A stretch of DNA of 64,000 nucleotides from Candidatus Omnitrophota bacterium (lineage in GTDB: Bacteria; Omnitrophota; Gorgyraeia; JAGLLT01): NCBI GenBank assembly GCA_030632085.1, contig DAOVJY010000003.1:23809-87808 (forward strand). The letters are read 5' to 3'. A model generated the notes under the pieces. The model was not told the DNA's origin. It worked only from the letters and a program-made list of their open reading frames with translations, and did no database searches. The number at the start of each line of letters is the position of its first letter. Within the stretch, counting starts at the first letter, position 1. The position numbers and the translations under genes were made by a program. Shown here one piece after another: positions 53,947 to 63,202 of this stretch.

Positions 53947-55482
53947 ATGGGATATAGAGAAATTTTATTAAAGCTGCCCACTGATTACATAGAGGCCCAG
54001 CTCAGAGAAAAAATCGAAGAAGAACTCGGAACAAAAGAGTTTTTATATCAAATTAAAAGAAAAAGCCTTGATGCCAGAAGAAAAGGTAATATTCACTGGC
54101 AAATTTTGGTTTCGGCCTCATCAGAACAAATTAATGGAGAAGCTCCTGTTGTACCCCCACCGCTAAATATTCCATATCGAAAAAGAACAGAGAAAGTTCT
54201 GGTTGTTGGAAGCGGCCCTGCCGGATTTTTTTCGGCATTCGTACTTCAAAAAGCGGGCTTTAATACAACGTTGATAGAAAGAGGCTCGGATGTTAAAAAA
54301 AGGGCCGAGGGAATCAGGGAGTTCGAGAGAACCGGCCTGTTTAACTCTGTGAGTAATTATGCCTTTGGTGAAGGCGGCGCGGGAACATTCTCCGATGGGA
54401 AGCTTACCTCAAGATCCAAACATATTTTACGGGAAAAAGAGTTTATAATATCAAGTTATATTGATGCAGGCGCCCCCGAAGAGATAAGGTATATGGCGCA
54501 CCCTCATCTTGGAAGCGACAATCTTAAAAAACTTGTCAAAACACTTAGAGAAAAGTTTTTGAATATCGGAGGGAAAGTTTTTTTTGAAACACAGTTGGAA
54601 GATTTAAAGATTGAAAATGGAAGAGTATCTGAGGCGGTAACAACTTCAGGTACATTCGTCGCTGATGAGTTTATTGTCGCGCCGGGCCATTCCGCCTATG
54701 AGACATATCGAATGTTAATCAAAAGGGGAGTTGGATTTCGTACAAAAAATTTTGCCATTGGCTGCAGAATAGAACATCCTCAGGAAATTATTAACCAAGC
54801 TCAGTGGGGACAAAAAAGCCTGCCGGGAGTCAAGGGTGCTGAATATCGCCTGACATCAAGAGGTGCCGGCGGCCTGTCGGTGTATACATTTTGTATGTGC
54901 CCCGGTGGACGTATTATTCCCGCCGCGGCCTATAAGAATACAAATATAGTAAATGGGATGAGTCCGTATAGTAGAGATGGTAAATTCGCGAACGCGGCTT
55001 GTGTGGCGGGAGTTAATTTGGACAGGTTAAACGGTAGGCCAACATCGCCTCTAGAAGCTCTTGAATGGCTGGGAGGCCTTGAAGAACGGTTTTATAAATA
55101 TTCAAATGGTTTTAAAGTTCCGTTTTGCGGTATCAGGAATTTTATTAATAAAAAAGAGAGTTTGACTATTGCTGAGACAAGCTATCCTTTGGGATTGAAG
55201 CCGGCGGCGTTATGGGATTTACTGCCTGCTGAAGTAAGCAGCGCGATTAGGCAAGGGCTTAAGGATTTTAGCAGAAAAATAAAAGGATTTGAAACAGGCT
55301 CTATTATGGGGCTTGAGAGTAAAAGTTCGTCACCTATTCAGGTTTTGCGGGAAGAAAACAGGCTCTCAATCGGTTTTAAAAATCTTTATATAGCGGGAGA
55401 AGGCAGCGGCCGTGCCGGCGGCATAATATCAAGCGGAGCTGACGGTATAAAGGCGGCTATGGCTATCATAGGGAAAGATTAG
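53947..55482 (+). CDS. FAD-dependent oxidoreductase (COG2509-like uncharacterised flavoprotein)
   Basis: GxGxxG dinucleotide-binding motif VLVVGSGPAGFFSAF. The protein is 511 aa. Confidence 0.6.
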   Translation: MGYREILLKLPTDYIEAQLREKIEEELGTKEFLYQIKRKSLDARRKGNIHWQILVSASSEQINGEAPVVPPPLNIPYRKRTEKVLVVGSGPAGFFSAFVLQKAGFNTTLIERGSDVKKRAEGIREFERTGLFNSVSNYAFGEGGAGTFSDGKLTSRSKHILREKEFIISSYIDAGAPEEIRYMAHPHLGSDNLKKLVKTLREKFLNIGGKVFFETQLEDLKIENGRVSEAVTTSGTFVADEFIVAPGHSAYETYRMLIKRGVGFRTKNFAIGCRIEHPQEIINQAQWGQKSLPGVKGAEYRLTSRGAGGLSVYTFCMCPGGRIIPAAAYKNTNIVNGMSPYSRDGKFANAACVAGVNLDRLNGRPTSPLEALEWLGGLEERFYKYSNGFKVPFCGIRNFINKKESLTIAETSYPLGLKPAALWDLLPAEVSSAIRQGLKDFSRKIKGFETGSIMGLESKSSSPIQVLREENRLSIGFKNLYIAGEGSGRAGGIISSGADGIKAAMAIIGKD

Positions 55483-55526
55483 TATATAGTTTATATCAAT
55501 GCTTTTTTCTTTATAATACTCTTCCC

Positions 55527-55913
55527 TTGACAAATGTACCAATTATGATACACTTAGAAAAGATGAAGATAGAAAATCATTTACCAGTTTTATTTTATAG
55601 AACCGACACAGGAAAAGAACCCGTGAGGGAATGGTTACAATTTCTATCTAAGAAGGAAAAAAAGCTAATAGGTGAAGATATTAAAACTGTTCAATTCGGT
55701 TGGCCGTTAGGAATGCCGTTGGTGAGAAAATTAATTCCCGGAATATGGGAAATACGAACGCAATTAGATAATAAAATTTCACGGGTTTTATTTACCATTT
55801 ATGAAAACCATTGTGTTCTTCTCCATGGATTTATTAAGAAAACACAGAAAATACCAAAGCAAGATTTAGATTTGGCTATTCAACGAATGAAACAAGTAAA
55901 AAAAGGCGGCTAA
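55527..55913 (+). CDS. type II toxin, RelE/ParE superfamily (gp49/HigB-like, COG4679)
   Basis: A small basic protein of about 110-128 aa with the HigB-like pattern ...RVLFTIYENHCVLLHGFIKKTQKIP... It is followed at a 2-nt gap by an HTH antitoxin. Confidence 0.55.
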   Translation: MTNVPIMIHLEKMKIENHLPVLFYRTDTGKEPVREWLQFLSKKEKKLIGEDIKTVQFGWPLGMPLVRKLIPGIWEIRTQLDNKISRVLFTIYENHCVLLHGFIKKTQKIPKQDLDLAIQRMKQVKKGG

Positions 55914-55915
55914 TT

Positions 55916-56206
55916 ATGAAAAAAAAGAATAAGCATATAGGCAGTAATTTTGATAATTTTCTCCAGAAAGAAGGTATATTAGAGGAAGCACAGGCCGCGG
56001 CCGCTAAAAGAGTTATTGCGTTTCAGATCCAAAAGATTATGAAAGAAAAACACATCACTAAAACAGAGATGACGAACCGAATGCATATAAAAGGCCGTAT
56101 GCAATTAAATAGATTGCTTGATCCAACCAACAAGTCTGTAACCCTTTTGACGTTAGAAAAAGCTGCTACCGCGCTTGGTAAAAACTTAAAAGTTCAGTTT
56201 GTCTAA
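55916..56206 (+). CDS. HTH (XRE-like) antitoxin, HigA-like (COG5606)
   Basis: HTH region KHITKTEMTNRMHIKGRMQLNRLL. Confidence 0.55.
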   Translation: MKKKNKHIGSNFDNFLQKEGILEEAQAAAAKRVIAFQIQKIMKEKHITKTEMTNRMHIKGRMQLNRLLDPTNKSVTLLTLEKAATALGKNLKVQFV

Positions 56207-56419
56207 ATTTTTTCAATAAAAAAATAAGTGGCGCCCAATTAGCATAGAGTATAACCGTATTTCTAATGCTTGTTTTTTTGTAATGCGTCCCCCACACAAA
56301 TGATTACAAAAAAGTTTTTACAGCAGTCCTACCCGAGGAATCAATTCAACACATCCTCGCGATAATAAATTGTAGGTTGTTTTTATTTAAGTGTATAACG
56401 ATATAAAAAGAGAAAGTAT

Positions 56420-57661
56420 ATGAAAGATAAAAGTATAGTAGTTATAGGCGGCGGGCCGGCCGGGATGATGGCGGCTATTAGAGCTTCACAGCTTAAGTGG
56501 AATGTTATTTTAATTGAGAAAAATCAAGAGTTGGGCAAGAAGCTTCTTTTAACCGGTAAAGGGCGCTGTAATTTGACCAATGCTTCAGATTTAGAAAGTT
56601 TTATTAAGAGCTTTTCGGGCAACGGTAAGTTTTTAAGGGATGCTTTTAAAGCTTTTTCTAATTTGGATTTGATAAATTTTTTTGAAAATAGGGGAGTAAA
56701 ACTAAAAACGGAAAGGCAGCAGCGTGTTTTTCCGGCAAGCGATAAAGCCATAGATATTCTTGATGCTTTACGAGGAGAGTTAAAGAAAAATAAGGTCAAA
56801 ATACAGTATAATTCGGAAGTTGAAAATATTGTTATTAGAAATAATAAGGTTGATGGCATAGAAGTTAAAGGTAAAAAGAGTATTTTATGTGACGCGATTA
56901 TTTTAAGTACCGGAGGAGTTTCGTATGCTTCTACGGGTTCTTCAGGTGAAGGTTTAAAAATGGTTGAGCGGGTAGGCCATAAAATAATTAGTTTAAGGCC
57001 GGGGTTAATTGGGTTGATGACCAAAGATAAGTACCCCCGGCTTTTACAGGGCCTGCCCCTAAAAAACATTAGAATAACATTTTCTGATGGTAAGAAGAAA
57101 ATAACTTCTGAAATAGGGGAGCTTATGTTTACTGACTTTGGAATATCCGGGCCCCTGGTTTTAACATTGAGCGGGCCGGTAGTTGATTCACTTAAAGCAG
57201 GTAAAAAGGTTTCAGCTTTTATTGATTTAAAACCGGCTTTATCGGAGAAACAAATAGATGCCCGCTTTTTAAGAGAATTTAAGACAAACCCTAAAAAAAG
57301 TATTAAGTATTTTCTTGGGGGCATGTTGCCTTTGCGGCTAATAGATATCTTTTTGGAGATGTCTGATATAAGCCCTGATAAAACCGTTAGTCAAATCACC
57401 CAGCAGGAAAGAAGAAAATTATTACTTTTATTTAAGGCATTGCCTCTTGAAATATCTAAGCCCAGGCCTATTAATATGGCTATGATTACCAAAGGGGGCA
57501 TTTCCTTAAAAGAGATAAATCCCAAAACGATGGAGTCGCGCCTTATAAAAAGGTTATATTTCGCGGGAGAGATTATAGATGTTGATGCTAATACCGGCGG
57601 GTTTAACTTGCAGTCCGCCTTTTCAACCGGCTATTTAGCGGGCGAGAGTGCCGCTAAATAA
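56420..57661 (+). CDS. NAD(P)/FAD-dependent oxidoreductase, HI0933/BaiN-like flavoprotein
   Basis: VIGGGPAGMMAA and the architecture of the HI0933 family (YFAGEIIDVDANTGGFNLQSAF at the C-terminus). Confidence 0.7.
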   Translation: MKDKSIVVIGGGPAGMMAAIRASQLKWNVILIEKNQELGKKLLLTGKGRCNLTNASDLESFIKSFSGNGKFLRDAFKAFSNLDLINFFENRGVKLKTERQQRVFPASDKAIDILDALRGELKKNKVKIQYNSEVENIVIRNNKVDGIEVKGKKSILCDAIILSTGGVSYASTGSSGEGLKMVERVGHKIISLRPGLIGLMTKDKYPRLLQGLPLKNIRITFSDGKKKITSEIGELMFTDFGISGPLVLTLSGPVVDSLKAGKKVSAFIDLKPALSEKQIDARFLREFKTNPKKSIKYFLGGMLPLRLIDIFLEMSDISPDKTVSQITQQERRKLLLLFKALPLEISKPRPINMAMITKGGISLKEINPKTMESRLIKRLYFAGEIIDVDANTGGFNLQSAFSTGYLAGESAAK

Positions 57662-57733
57662 ATTTTTTATTAATTTTATGGTGTATAATGAATGCTAAAG
57701 ATATCCAAATAACTAACGGAGGTAGCGATCAGT

Positions 57734-58204
57734 ATGAAAACTGTCTATCTAACCAGAGAAGGTTATGAGAAATTAAGAGACGAACTGGAATATTTACAAA
57801 CGGTTAAACGCAGAGAGTTGTCCCGGGCCATAGGAACAGCCAGAGACCATGGAGATATAAGTGAAAACGCTGAATATGATGCCGCTAAAGAGGAACAGGG
57901 CCTTAATGAGCTAAGGATTGCAAAATTAGAAGGAAACTTAACCCATGTACGTATAATTGACGATGAAGATCTTGCTTCAGATGAAGTTTTGATAGGGGCT
58001 ACGGTTAAATTAAAAAATTTAGATTCCGGCGATGAGTTAGAATATACTTTAGTCTCAGAGATAGAAGCCGACTATGATCAGGGTAAGATATCCGTAACTT
58101 CTCCCGTAGGTAAAGGCCTGATAGGCCATAAAGAAAAAGAAGTAGTTGAGATAGAAGTACCGGTTGGAATTTTAAAATACAAGATACTAAAAATATCGAG
58201 ATAA
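57734..58204 (+). CDS. greA: transcription elongation factor GreA
   Basis: LTREGYEKLRDELEYL...ISENAEYDAAKEEQ coiled-coil finger plus an FKBP-like C-terminal domain. Confidence 0.85.
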   Translation: MKTVYLTREGYEKLRDELEYLQTVKRRELSRAIGTARDHGDISENAEYDAAKEEQGLNELRIAKLEGNLTHVRIIDDEDLASDEVLIGATVKLKNLDSGDELEYTLVSEIEADYDQGKISVTSPVGKGLIGHKEKEVVEIEVPVGILKYKILKISR

Positions 58205-58372
58205 AAAGTATCTGAAAAACTCCCCCAATTTTTGTTTTTTCAAGCCTGTATGCTATAATTCAATTAATAAAAATTTTTAATATTTCGAAGAAAAAGAATT
58301 TCATATTCTAATGTGAGGGCATTTTTTTTACATCTAAAACGGTTTTTTTCTTACATCTTTTAACAAAGGAGT

Positions 58373-59968
58373 GTGTTTATGAGACCTTCAGAAGAGAAGA
58401 AATATGAAAGCTTAAGCCCTTTTGAGTTAAAGAACAAACTTATCGGAATGGCTGAGACACGCCATGAGAAAATGATGCTTAATGCCGGCCGCGGAAATCC
58501 CAATTGGCTGGCGGTGGAAGCCAGGGAAGCCTTTTTCAGGTTCGGGTTATTTGCTTTAAGGGAGTCAGAGAAAAACTTGATTAAAGCCGGTTTTGGCGGT
58601 ATGGCTTCAAAGAAGGGTATTGCTAAAAGATTTGAAAAATATGCCTCAGTACATAAAAACGAAAGAGGCATGGCTTTTTTGAAGAAGGCGTATGCTTATG
58701 TCAAAAAAGAGCTTAAAATTAATGGTGATGATTTTATCTTTGAATTGGTTGATGGCATCTTAGGCGACCATTATCCAACTCCCGACAGAATGCTTTCTAT
58801 TTGCGAAAGAATAGTCCATAGATATTTAGAACAGGAGATGTGGAAAAACAATAAAAAGATAGGTAAATTTGACTTATTTGCCACTGAGGGCGGCACAGCA
58901 GCTATGGATTATATCTTTACTTCCTTAATGGAGAATAAACTTTTGCATAAACATGATAAAATTGCCCTGGGTACTCCTATATTTACGCCATATTTGGAAA
59001 TTCCCCGACTAAACGACTATGAATTTATAGAGCTTGAAATTAAGCAGGACGAGAATAAAATGTGGCAGTATTCAGACAAAGAAATTGATAAACTAAAAGA
59101 CCCCAAAGTCAAAGCTTTCTTTTTAGTTCATCCGTCCAATCCTACCTCTATGGCCATGCATCCAAAAACTTTAAAGAAAATAGGTGATTTGGTAAAAAAT
59201 AAAAGGAATGATTTGATTCTTTTAACTGATGATGTCTACGGCACTTTTGTTAATGATTTTAAATCATTGGCGGCGGTTGCTCCGAAAAACACTATCTTGG
59301 TTTATTCATTTTCCAAATACTTTGGAGCTACAGGTTGGAGACTGGGCGTTATAGGTATGCACGAGGATAATGTATTTGATAAAAAAATTAAGGCATTACC
59401 TAAAATTCAAAGAAATAAACTGTATAAAAGATATAAATCTGTAATTCTTAATCCAAATAAAATGAAGCTTATCGATAGAATGGTTGCTGATAGCCGTTCG
59501 GTGGCTCTTAATCATACGGCGGGGCTTTCGACTCCGCAGCAGGTTTTGATGACCATGTTTTCCTTGTTCTGCCTGGTGGATAAAAAGAATGTTTATAAAA
59601 AGAGAGCCCAAAATATTATAAAAGAAAGAATTAAAGATTTGTATAAAGGTGTTGGGATACCTCATCCGGATAATCGTTATGATGCCCATTACTATGCTAC
59701 CATTGATATACCTGTTTTGGCCCGGAAGAGATATTCTAAGGAGTTTAGTAAATATCTTATAAAGAATTTTGAACCTATAGATTTTGTCATGAGATTGGCT
59801 GAGGAAAAATCTGTTGTTTTATTAGACGGAGGTGGTTTTGACGCGCCTAATATGTCAGTCAGGGCTTCTCTGGCTAATTTACCGGATAAAGATTATTTAA
59901 AAATAGGTAAAGCCATAGATGAGCTTTTGGCGGAGTATTATGGAGAGTGGCGTAAAAACAAGAAATAA
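58373..59968 (+). CDS. asdA: aspartate 4-decarboxylase (bifunctional aspartate aminotransferase/4-decarboxylase, PLP fold type I)
   Basis: The 531-aa length is diagnostic and the PLP-lysine motif is SFSKYFGATGWRLG. Followed by the AspT antiporter gene. Confidence 0.65.
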   Translation: MFMRPSEEKKYESLSPFELKNKLIGMAETRHEKMMLNAGRGNPNWLAVEAREAFFRFGLFALRESEKNLIKAGFGGMASKKGIAKRFEKYASVHKNERGMAFLKKAYAYVKKELKINGDDFIFELVDGILGDHYPTPDRMLSICERIVHRYLEQEMWKNNKKIGKFDLFATEGGTAAMDYIFTSLMENKLLHKHDKIALGTPIFTPYLEIPRLNDYEFIELEIKQDENKMWQYSDKEIDKLKDPKVKAFFLVHPSNPTSMAMHPKTLKKIGDLVKNKRNDLILLTDDVYGTFVNDFKSLAAVAPKNTILVYSFSKYFGATGWRLGVIGMHEDNVFDKKIKALPKIQRNKLYKRYKSVILNPNKMKLIDRMVADSRSVALNHTAGLSTPQQVLMTMFSLFCLVDKKNVYKKRAQNIIKERIKDLYKGVGIPHPDNRYDAHYYATIDIPVLARKRYSKEFSKYLIKNFEPIDFVMRLAEEKSVVLLDGGGFDAPNMSVRASLANLPDKDYLKIGKAIDELLAEYYGEWRKNKK

Positions 59969-59985
59969 ATAAAAGGAGCACTTTT

Positions 59986-61668
59986 ATGTGGCAGGATATA
60001 GTAAAAATTTGTCAAGCTAATCCGCAAATAGTTATTTTTCTGGCTGTGGCCATTGGTTATGCCATTGGCAAATTAAAATTTCGAGGTATCAGTCTCGGAG
60101 CCACTACAGGTGTGCTTATAACCGCTTTAGTCTTAGGTCAAATAGCCATAGATGTACCTGCCATATTTCAGGCGGTATTTTTTGCTCTTTTTATGTTTAG
60201 CATCGGCTATAGAGTTGGGCCCCAGTTTTTTGGAGGCCTTAAGAAAGAAGGCCTGCATTATTTAATGATATCTCTTGTGGTGGCGGTTTCAGGCCTGGTG
60301 ATGGCTATTATTTTAGGTAAAGCCTTTGGATTTGATAAAGGCACAACTGCCGGCTTATTAGGCGGGGCTATGACTCAGTCCTCAGTTATTGGGACAGCCC
60401 AAGGGGCTATTAACCAATTGGCCGGGATAACAGAAGCCCAAAGAAGTTCTCTGGATAGCAATGTGGCCGTGGCCTATGCCATAACTTACATTTTTGGAAC
60501 GGCGGGTTTAGTTGTTCTTTTTAGAATTTTACCTAAGATATTAAGAATTGATTTAAAGGCTGAAGCTAAAATTGTAGAAAAAGAACTTTCCGGCACAGAT
60601 GATGACACCGAAGAGACTGAATTTTTCTCTTGGCATAAAAGTCTTGATATGCGGGCTTATAAAGCTGTAAACAAAACAGCTATAGGTAAGAAAGTATCAG
60701 AAATAGAGGAAGCATTAAAAGGCCAGTTAGCTGTCGATCGCTTTAAAAGAAACGGCAGGGTACTAGATTCAACTCCTGATATGGTTATAGAAAAAGACGA
60801 TATACTGGTTTTAGTTGGCAGAAGGACTGAGTTTCCGGAAGCTACAAATATAATTGGGCCTGAAGTTGATGATAAAAAAGCGGAAGATATTACCGGAGAG
60901 ATTCTAAGTGTTTGTGTGACCAAGAGGGAAGTTTTCGGCAGGAAATTAGGTAGCTTTGACAGAAAAATTACCCACGGGGTTTTTTTAAAAAAGATTACCC
61001 GCCAGGGGCATGAAATACCCATCGCAAAAAACACAATTATAGAAAAATGCGATGTTTTAGAGATCGCAGGTGCCAAAGAAGATGTTGAACGTTTAGTTGA
61101 CCTCATTGGTTATCCGGAAAGACCCACAATAGAGACTGATTTAATTACTGTGGCCGCTGGATGTTTTTTGGGTACCCTTGTAGGGTTATTGGCTTTTAAG
61201 GTTGGCGGAGTCCCTATAACCTTGGGAGTCGGAGGGGGAGTATTGGCCGCCGGTTTGGTTTTTGGCTGGTTGAGGTCCGTTCATCCGACATTCGGGCAAA
61301 TTCCCGGTGGGGCTCAATGGATATTTTCAGATTTAGGCCTTAACCTTTTTATCGCCAGTGTTGGTTTAAGCGCCGGGCCGCAGGCTTTAGCAGCTCTTAA
61401 GACCACCGGCGGTTCATTGTTTATAGCTGGGATGATTTTAACTTTATTCCCTATTGTAATGGGACTTATTTATGGTAAAGTTTTTCTTAAAATGAATCCG
61501 GCCCTTTTATTCGGGGCTCTCTGCGGAGCGGAGACGGTAACGGCTGCTCTAAATTCTGTTAGAGAGGTAGCCGACAGCAATGTTCCTACAATTAGTTATA
61601 CGGTTTGTTATGCTTTTGGTAATGTAATTCTTACCATATGGGGCAGTATTCTTATTAATATAATGTAG
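59986..61668 (+). CDS. aspT: aspartate:alanine antiporter AspT (AAE family, duplicated membrane domains with central TrkA_C/RCK-C domains)
   Basis: At 560 aa, two hydrophobic halves flank a soluble central region with two RCK_C-like segments. It is adjacent to asdA. Confidence 0.65.
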   Translation: MWQDIVKICQANPQIVIFLAVAIGYAIGKLKFRGISLGATTGVLITALVLGQIAIDVPAIFQAVFFALFMFSIGYRVGPQFFGGLKKEGLHYLMISLVVAVSGLVMAIILGKAFGFDKGTTAGLLGGAMTQSSVIGTAQGAINQLAGITEAQRSSLDSNVAVAYAITYIFGTAGLVVLFRILPKILRIDLKAEAKIVEKELSGTDDDTEETEFFSWHKSLDMRAYKAVNKTAIGKKVSEIEEALKGQLAVDRFKRNGRVLDSTPDMVIEKDDILVLVGRRTEFPEATNIIGPEVDDKKAEDITGEILSVCVTKREVFGRKLGSFDRKITHGVFLKKITRQGHEIPIAKNTIIEKCDVLEIAGAKEDVERLVDLIGYPERPTIETDLITVAAGCFLGTLVGLLAFKVGGVPITLGVGGGVLAAGLVFGWLRSVHPTFGQIPGGAQWIFSDLGLNLFIASVGLSAGPQALAALKTTGGSLFIAGMILTLFPIVMGLIYGKVFLKMNPALLFGALCGAETVTAALNSVREVADSNVPTISYTVCYAFGNVILTIWGSILINIM

Positions 61669-61744
61669 AATTAATTACACCCTTTTTTACAATATGGATA
61701 AACCCCTCAAATTAGAGAGAGGATTATTTTTTAGAGGTTAGTTT

Positions 61745-62017
61745 ATGATTTGGTATGTTTATCTTTTGGTCTGCAGTGACAAGTCAATTTATACAGGCGT
61801 AACTCCCGATTTAAAAAGGCGCTTAAGGCAACACAATGCCGGTTGCGCGAGTAAATATACCAGAAGCCGCCTTCCCGTAAAAATAGTATATTTTGAAAAA
61901 CACACCTCTAAGAGCAGTGCCTTAAAGAAAGAAGCTCAAATTAAAAAATTGAGCCGCAAGAGAAAAATAGATTTATATTGTACCTATATAGAATCAAGGA
62001 ATCTGTTTTTGTTATGA
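61745..62017 (+). CDS. GIY-YIG nuclease family protein (UPF0213)
   Basis: YVYLLVCSDKSIYTGVTPDLKRRLRQHN is the GIY-YIG motif. Confidence 0.75.
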   Translation: MIWYVYLLVCSDKSIYTGVTPDLKRRLRQHNAGCASKYTRSRLPVKIVYFEKHTSKSSALKKEAQIKKLSRKRKIDLYCTYIESRNLFLL

Positions 62018-62259
62018 CATTTATGATTTTGGGCCTGTAGGCCATTTTTTCATCCTTCTTTTTAAACTTTTTTACGATTCGCAGGTGAAAAAAATAACAT
62101 AAAATTTAGTTGACAAATTATAAATTATCAGCTATAATTTTAAAACAGGTAAACAAGAGCACGTGGTTTTAATCGCAGGGGCAGGAACGTTCGCCTTGCG
62201 ATTTTTTCTATTTTGCTGAGGTTTGCTAAGTTATAGGGAAAGAGAGGTAACAATTAACA

Positions 62260-62460
62260 ATGGAAAATGGTACAGTTAAATGGTTTAATAACCAAAAAGG
62301 TTATGGCTTTATTAGTCTTGAATCAGGTAAGGAAGTATTTGTGCATCATAGCGCTATTTCAGGTGACGGCTTTAAGTCTTTGGAAGAAAGCCAGAAAGTT
62401 GAATGCGAAGTACAGAATGGCCCTAAAGGTGAACAGGCTGTAAACGTGGTTAAAGTATAA
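62260..62460 (+). CDS. cold-shock protein (CspA family), second copy
   Basis: [30 protein letters not shown]. Confidence 0.85.
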   Translation: MENGTVKWFNNQKGYGFISLESGKEVFVHHSAISGDGFKSLEESQKVECEVQNGPKGEQAVNVVKV

Positions 62461-62473
62461 CCAAAAAAATCAT

Positions 62474-62507
62474 ATAAGGCTCGCAACGATGCGGGCCTTA
62501 TTTTTTT
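62474..62507 (+). terminator. intrinsic terminator after the second csp gene
   Basis: ATAAGGC...GCCTTAT followed by TTTTTTTG. Confidence 0.65.
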
Positions 62508-62696
62508 GTCTATTTTTAAACCCCTTATCACAAAAAAGATAAGGGTTTATTTTTTACAATTTTTTAAATAACCAATGAATATGATTAATAATTTTGACTT
62601 TTAAGGCTCCCTTTGATAAAATATGCTGGAGGGATTTTTTGTCTATTACCGTGAATTATGTATTATCGCGGTACTATTAATTTTGAAAGGGGAATC

Positions 62697-63152
62697 ATGA
62701 AAACAATATTATCAGTAACAATCTGTTTATTTTTTCTGGCCAGTTTCGCGCAGGCTTCTTCAATGGATGATAAAGGGGTGCGTAAAGCACCTAACGTATA
62801 TTGTACGATATCCAGTATGGATGAACTGCCGGAAAGACGAATAGAATTAAATAATAAGGTTATAAAATTAAAAATCACAGCTTACGAAGATCTTACCCAA
62901 TTAACCGAAGATTTATATACGGCCCGAGTTTACACTAATAAACGTTGGAATGAGTATGCTGAGGCAGTTTTTAATGCTTGCGGCAAAGAGTGCATAAAGG
63001 ATTTGGATAAATACTATGGTGACAAAGGCAGATTTACTTCACATACTATATACGCGATAGTTAGTTATGAAAATGATATTCCGAAACTTGATATATTAGG
63101 CAATAAATGCCTTAAGGATTTTAGAGACAAGAGTAATTATAGTTGGAAGTAA
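62697..63152 (+). CDS. secreted hypothetical protein (signal peptide)
   Basis: MKTILSVTICLFFLASFAQASS is a signal peptide. The ORF track starts 13 codons earlier at 62658. Confidence 0.5.
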   Translation: MKTILSVTICLFFLASFAQASSMDDKGVRKAPNVYCTISSMDELPERRIELNNKVIKLKITAYEDLTQLTEDLYTARVYTNKRWNEYAEAVFNACGKECIKDLDKYYGDKGRFTSHTIYAIVSYENDIPKLDILGNKCLKDFRDKSNYSWK

Positions 63153-63202
63153 GAAGAATGCTACAATGTTTTTTATAAAAAATAAATAGCAGGAGGGTCA
63201 CA

